Below are positions 58,974 through 64,000 of a stretch of DNA of 64,000 nucleotides, piece by piece; position 1 is the first letter of the stretch; each line of letters starts with the position of its first letter. The stretch lies in the NCBI GenBank assembly GCA_965649825.1, contig OZ287694.1:1735197-1799196 (forward strand), in the 5' to 3' direction. Source of the stretch: Penicillus capitatus (Eukaryota > Plantae > Chlorophyta). The position numbers were made by a program, and so were the translations under genes. The notes beneath the pieces were generated by a model. It made no database searches. It was not told where the DNA came from and saw only the letters and a list, made by a program, of their open reading frames with translations.

Positions 58974-61900
58974 TCTCCACAAGGTGAATCGCTGTGTGGA
59001 CTATTCATCAGGGAAGATATCAACTTCTCTGTGGTGTCCCTGTCCAGTCCTTCCCCGAGGGTCATAGCAATCACTGTCTATACCCCTGCCGGATTGATCG
59101 GGGTGATCTCATTCTACGTGCAACACACCTCCGGAAACGGTCTTGAAGCGGTCGACGAAGCATTCAACCTACTGAAGAGAAAAACCGACCGCATATTACT
59201 GTTAGGAGACGGAAATGGTCACTCCTATCTGTGGGGTCCGGAGCACCCGAACGAGATTGGCCGTTTATGGGAAGATTTTATAAGTGCAAACCAGCTGGTC
59301 GTCGCTAACGACCCCTCAGGCCCTCCTACTTTCTTCGATCAAGATCACAGACCTCATTGGCTTGATATTACTCTGGCCACAGCGCCGCTATCAAAGTCGA
59401 TAGTAGAATGGAGAGTAGTGCACTCAGCCATTCCAGTTTCCGATCATTCGCTCGTTAAAACAACGCTCAACCTCGGGTACCAAAAGATCACTCCGCGAAG
59501 ATTCACTAACTGGCGGGACGTGGACTGGCCTGCCTTCAATGAGCACCTCGAAAAGACACTCAGCCGGCCTGAGTTCTCATTGCCCATGGAGACCCAAGAT
59601 CAAATCGATGAACGCATCGATATGCTGACAAGTGCTCTACAGAATACGGCCTCTCAATTTACAAGGACAAAGACAATCCAGAACCATTCGAAGCCTTGGT
59701 TCACACAGTCTGTCAAGTTTAAATGGAAGGATATGAAGCGTGCTCGGAATAGGTACATACGAGCGGTCCAAAAGGCCAAGAGTCGCCCTATGTCTGCCCA
59801 ACTCGAAGTCGAATTGGCCACACGCTGGAAGGAAGCACGCGAAGCCAAAGCCTCATTCAAGAAAGAAGTTCGGCTACAGAAGAAAAACTCCTTTGTCAAA
59901 TTCTGCAGTGACATGAAATCGGACATGTGGAATGGCTTTGCAAAAATCGACAGATCTCGGAAACGTAGCCAACCCGCCCAGCCACCAGAAGATCACAAAT
60001 CATTGGAAGCCCGTTTCTTTCCAAATGAAGGAAAGTCTGTTTTGGGGAAGTTCGCGGAAGACTTCAGAATCGCCAGAAGACGCCTAGACTTCTCCCCGGG
60101 AGAAGAGATCACATGGAAGGAGCTCGTAGAAGCAATCATCCGGTCAAAGGATGGAGCGCCTGGGCCGGACTCGATACCATCTTTGTGTCTTCGCAACACA
60201 CTAGGTGTGACCGGCCAAGTCCTCCTTCCAATTCTGAACGCAGCGCTTTCCTTGGCATACTTCCCGAAGGCCTGGAAGAAAGCTTCCGTCATCCCACTGC
60301 CCAAACCTGACAAAGATCTCTCCCTCGTGTCCAGCTGGAGGCCAATCTGCCTTTTGAACACTCTAGGAAAGGTCCTAGAAAGAGTTCTACAGCGTCGCCT
60401 GTACAGCTTTCTCGAAGAGCATGGATGCCTGGTCGATCAACAGTTCGGTTTCAGAAGAGCTCGCAGTACAGAATCGGCGTTGACCTGGTTTGCGGAAGAC
60501 ATCATTCGTGCTTTCAACTCTCGCAGTCAGATCGGCGCCGTGAGCCTAGATCTCACTGCAGCCTTTGATACCGTCCCCCATCCGATCCTAATGTACAGAT
60601 TGGGGCAGCTCAAGATTCCAGCCTACCTGTGGAACATGGTAGACAGTTTCCTAGTGGAAAGGGAAGCTACCATCTCCCTCCCGACGTCCTCGATCCACTG
60701 CCGTCCGGTGGCTGGTGTGCCCCAGGGGTCATGTCTGTCGCCTACGCTCTTTCTGTGCTTTGTCAACAGCCTCGCAAACTCAGTTCCCCCTGAGGTGAAA
60801 TGCTGTCTATTCGCTGATGACTGTCTGCTATACTGCCAGATTGGCCCACGGGGCGAAGGCCAAGCACATCTCGAGTCCTCCTTGAAGAAGGCCGTCCAGT
60901 GGGCAACACTCAACGGAATGCAGTTTAATGCCAGCAAAAGCCATCTGGTACGCTTCCCAAGACTCCGAAAGGCCACATCGATCCAAGTGAATCTGGACGG
61001 CTCCCTATTGCAAGAAGAACCACAATTCACTTACCTCGGGCTGAAAATGGACAGCAAGCTAAACTTCAGCGCTCACGTCTCGGGAGTCTGCATGAAAGCA
61101 CAGCGTCGACTGGAGTCCATCAAACGGATCAGCAACAGTTTATGGGGTGCCACTCCTGGCGTCCTGCGTACACTGTTCCAGGCATGCGTTGCACCAGTCC
61201 TCTACTACGGAGCCCTGATCTGGTCATCCGGTAGTAGAGCCCTAACGCAGAAGAGGAAGTCCTTGATGTCGGTCATTCGGTCTGGTGCCCTCCTCATCAC
61301 TGGGGCTCTTCGCACCACATCAACAGCAGCAGTATTAGCCCTAGCGGGCCTAAGGCTCCCCGATGATGAAATCACTCGACGCTCTCTTCTTGCTAAGGTC
61401 AAACTCGAAGATTTGTCCTTCTACGATCTTCATCCTGCATTGGCTGGAACTTATGACTCACCGCTGTTTCTCATCAGGAACCGTTACGAAGAGTTCCTAT
61501 CGCAAGAAAAACTGGATAGATGGGAAAAGATCACTCTAGAATCCATGAATGGCGACGATCAAGCTGGCGTCAAGTTACTGCGTTTTGAAGCCTCATTATT
61601 TGCAGACTCGAAGGGGAAGATCGCTTGGGAATCGACGGATCGTGCAAGCTCTCTGAAAGCCACGTGCTTTGACAAGGTTAAGATGACTCGGTTGAAATGG
61701 TGGAAAGCACACAGCAGAAGACAGTTCACAGCCCTCTGCAGATTCCTAACAGGCCACATGGCAACCCGTATTTATCTCAACAGGTTTAATCTGCTTAATA
61801 CCGCCGATGGAGACTCAATTCTTTGCCGCTTTTGCGGCCGCGTGCCAGAGACAAGAGATCATCTCCTGAAATGCTCAGCATGCCGACACATCCTGCCTAC

Positions 61901-62006
61901 AGACTGGAAGTTCTCAGTTCCCGATTGGCCGTCTGTTTGGTCGTCGAAGAAATTACGAGTTCAAATGGCAGAATTCGCGATTTCTCTGCAATCTCGTCTA
62001 GCATAA
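58974..62006 (+). CDS. LINE ORF2: partial APE endonuclease, reverse transcriptase and C-terminal CCHC
   Basis: LLGDGNGHSYLW, SDHS, PGPDSI, WRPICLL, QFGFR, LDLTAAFD, GVPQGSCLSP, LFADD, YLG, FLTGH, CRFCGRVPETRDHLLKC; no RNase H seen. Confidence 0.95.
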   Translation, partial: SPQGESLCGLFIREDINFSVVSLSSPSPRVIAITVYTPAGLIGVISFYVQHTSGNGLEAVDEAFNLLKRKTDRILLLGDGNGHSYLWGPEHPNEIGRLWEDFISANQLVVANDPSGPPTFFDQDHRPHWLDITLATAPLSKSIVEWRVVHSAIPVSDHSLVKTTLNLGYQKITPRRFTNWRDVDWPAFNEHLEKTLSRPEFSLPMETQDQIDERIDMLTSALQNTASQFTRTKTIQNHSKPWFTQSVKFKWKDMKRARNRYIRAVQKAKSRPMSAQLEVELATRWKEAREAKASFKKEVRLQKKNSFVKFCSDMKSDMWNGFAKIDRSRKRSQPAQPPEDHKSLEARFFPNEGKSVLGKFAEDFRIARRRLDFSPGEEITWKELVEAIIRSKDGAPGPDSIPSLCLRNTLGVTGQVLLPILNAALSLAYFPKAWKKASVIPLPKPDKDLSLVSSWRPICLLNTLGKVLERVLQRRLYSFLEEHGCLVDQQFGFRRARSTESALTWFAEDIIRAFNSRSQIGAVSLDLTAAFDTVPHPILMYRLGQLKIPAYLWNMVDSFLVEREATISLPTSSIHCRPVAGVPQGSCLSPTLFLCFVNSLANSVPPEVKCCLFADDCLLYCQIGPRGEGQAHLESSLKKAVQWATLNGMQFNASKSHLVRFPRLRKATSIQVNLDGSLLQEEPQFTYLGLKMDSKLNFSAHVSGVCMKAQRRLESIKRISNSLWGATPGVLRTLFQACVAPVLYYGALIWSSGSRALTQKRKSLMSVIRSGALLITGALRTTSTAAVLALAGLRLPDDEITRRSLLAKVKLEDLSFYDLHPALAGTYDSPLFLIRNRYEEFLSQEKLDRWEKITLESMNGDDQAGVKLLRFEASLFADSKGKIAWESTDRASSLKATCFDKVKMTRLKWWKAHSRRQFTALCRFLTGHMATRIYLNRFNLLNTADGDSILCRFCGRVPETRDHLLKCSACRHILPTDWKFSVPDWPSVWSSKKLRVQMAEFAISLQSRLA

Positions 62007-62145
62007 GCAATTCGCTCAAACGTGCGCCTATCATTTTGTGAATCTCTCAATGAACGCTTCTTTGTTTCGTTTTTGTATGTTTTTTCTGTCTGCTCATGGC
62101 ACATGTGAAAGCAAACGCCATGTAAATAAGGAATTATATATATAT
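58974..62145 (+). mobile_element. 5'-truncated non-LTR retrotransposon (LINE, I-group/Tad1-like architecture)
   Basis: 15-bp TSD AAGCCTCGTGAAAAA (58959-58973 and 62146-62160); (TA)n 3' tail; uninterrupted ORF2. Confidence 0.95.
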
Positions 62146-63463
62146 AAGCCTCGTGAAAAACAAGTGTCTCTTCGTCGACCACGGAGTCGTCGTGATGTTC
62201 TAGAAACACACACCGCCCAGCCGCACGATGACTCGTGAGACGAAAGAGATAGCTAGTTTCCTAATGCGTTACCTTCTGTCGGTCCTCTTCTTGCCAGGTG
62301 CGTTATCTCAAGATCGTCGTCGCCGTCATCCTCGTGCGCGTGAAGTGGCTGCATCATGTCTTCGTTGTCTTCGCGAATTTCGCTTCCGCCGCTTGAAAAC
62401 ATTCTGTCTGGCGACGTCACTGTAGCGAAGTGTTTAAAAGGGAAAGGTTGAGTATGGGTCGCGCGTCTTGAGTATGGTTCACGCAGGGGCCTCTCTCAAA
62501 ATCAGGCTGTGGTCGGGTTATTATCCGTTGTAGAGCGAAAAATGTTAGGTTTTGCAAGGCAGAATCTCGCGTCTATATCATCGTCTTCAGTGCATGCAGC
62601 TTAAGGTACATCATTTCCATTGACAAACGATGATGCTTTGCTGACCATGAACTCGAGATAAATCTCCAGGCGAGCTTCCTTCAAATCCGGCTGCGAATTC
62701 CTAGTTGTTCTAAATACCACTAATTGACTCACAGTGGCTGTCTTTCGAGCAGATATTATGCGTTCGCCTGCAAAGCACTGCAGCGGACAGTTTGTTTTCT
62801 CCGAGGTTTCAGCCTTGATCGTGCTTTAGTTGTTCGAAGTTAAGTACTACACACGGGGTGGAAAAGTCGACAAAAACGTTAAGAAGAACATCGATGATAA
62901 CGGTAATTGTCTAAGGGAGAAGACGCAGAATATAAACAACGCCTTAACAGTTCGCACGTCTTTATTGCATCCGTGCAACGATGCTCTTTGTACAGTTCTC
63001 ACCTCCAGAAGAGACTGATGAGAGGAACAGTTACTGACAAGATATGAAAAGACGCCCGATGGACGCTCAAAAGCGATGTCCACTCTGTGTTCTGCATCAA
63101 AACGCAGTGAAAGGCATACACCATTGTTGCGCATTATCGCTCAAGGACAGTCATTAACAAAACACGATGCTGTCTTCACAAGTGAACGTCTGCAGATAGC
63201 TATCCGAGTTGAGATCGCAGAGACGGAGGACGGTGAGAGCGTAAACCAATGAGGTTACGCTCTTTACCCGTTATCAGCGAGAAGTCCGTGCAGCATCCAG
63301 TTCTGTGTCGGCACAGTCTCAGCGACGGTCTGTCCCATCCGTGCCGATCCTGTGCAGAGTTCGCAGCCGAAACAGTCGGCACTATCTCCTGTGTGGAGCC
63401 AGTCGACGCTGGCCGGTTGACTTCGGATTCGAAAGAGCCTTCGATTCTATTACATCATTGATC

Positions 63464-64000
63464 CTATGCCGCTCTGTAGATGATATACGTATTGACAGCC
63501 AGACTCGCCAAAACCAGAAGACAGATGAGGCACTCCGTCAAGTACTTTGACAACCTCTCTATCAACCAATCGAGGTTTCTTCTGTCGAAGATCTTGATCA
63601 GGATGGCCACTTGCTGGCCAACGAGTTTCATCACGGCCAAGGGTGTGATCCCTTTCATCGCCACGTCCAGTTCAAAAAGATAGAAGACAAAGTACCAATG
63701 GAATGCCACCGTCAGCATCCCGGCAGCGAAGTACCTGATGATATCCGTCGCGCGCTCGTTGAGGGTGTAGTAATACCCGAATGCCACGATGCCATAGATA
63801 GGTACCCCCACAAACACGAAACCCAGTGCTTCCTTCGCCAGAAACTTCGATCTGCCCTCTTTGCACCAGGAAATCCAGTGCATAGGAATCTCGTGCGCAA
63901 TGCGCAGTGCCAGCATGGAAGCAAAGAGGGACAGGTTGCCGAAGGCCAGTATAGCAGATAGCTGCTGCGCGCCGTCGTCTGGACGGCTGATCAGCAGCAC
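63464..64000 (-). CDS. Multi-pass membrane protein, unknown family (partial, runs off the window)
   Basis: 178-aa open frame with several hydrophobic segments. Confidence 0.55.
   Translation of the reverse strand: MLLISRPDDGAQQLSAILAFGNLSLFASMLALRIAHEIPMHWISWCKEGRSKFLAKEALGFVFVGVPIYGIVAFGYYYTLNERATDIIRYFAAGMLTVAFHWYFVFYLFELDVAMKGITPLAVMKLVGQQVAILIKIFDRRNLDWLIERLSKYLTECLICLLVLASLAVNTYIIYRAA

Larger units (their letters stand above)
56589..62402 (-). pseudogene. TRP-like channel 'TRP-A prime' (inverted paralog of TRP-A), disrupted by a LINE in exon 2 and an in-frame stop
   Basis: Exon 1 MFSSGGSEIREDNED at 62402. Exon 2 EHHDDSVVDEETLVFHEA|WNWTIDDVTR is split by the LINE. The rest is collinear with TRP-A; pore GSFE. 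Confidence 0.88.

Noticed and set aside
1-64000. Prokaryotic or operon interpretation (bacterial-like MFS and PepN)
   Set aside because: Consistent short spliceosomal introns, eukaryotic retroelements and Alfin, serpin and TRP genes show this is nuclear eukaryotic DNA.
1-64000. tRNA, rRNA or other structured RNA genes
   Set aside because: None recognised by eye; a tRNAscan-SE or Infernal run would be needed to exclude them.

Overview
Eukaryotic, intron-rich DNA. Spliceosomal introns are mostly 44-60 nt and the genetic code is standard. An Alfin-like remnant, TRP channels, a serpin, a PepN-type aminopeptidase and an algal-type ALO/GULO fragment point to a chlorophyte green alga (inference). 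The window is a rapidly evolving multigene region built from nested, mostly inverted segmental duplications. It holds nine TRP-like cation-channel loci (three apparently intact, three disrupted, three fragments). Two serpins each lie tail-to-tail with a TRP gene as a duplicated module, and their reactive loops are hypervariable. There are four intronless ACS-family MFS transporters and an M1 aminopeptidase with a 480-bp in-frame repeat insertion and altered substrate motifs. Decayed fragments of Alfin, cyclophilin, ALO and an alpha/beta-hydrolase are scattered through it. Mobile DNA comprises an old Ty3/Gypsy element, a very young 1.8-kb LTR element encoding only a Gag-like protein nested inside it, and a recent 5'-truncated LINE in a TRP coding exon. 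The strongest leads are the serpin+TRP module, the Gag-only LTR element, the repeat-expanded PepN and the modular coiled-coil expansion in one TRP tail. Exon boundaries, alignments and identities were read by eye; no searches were run.
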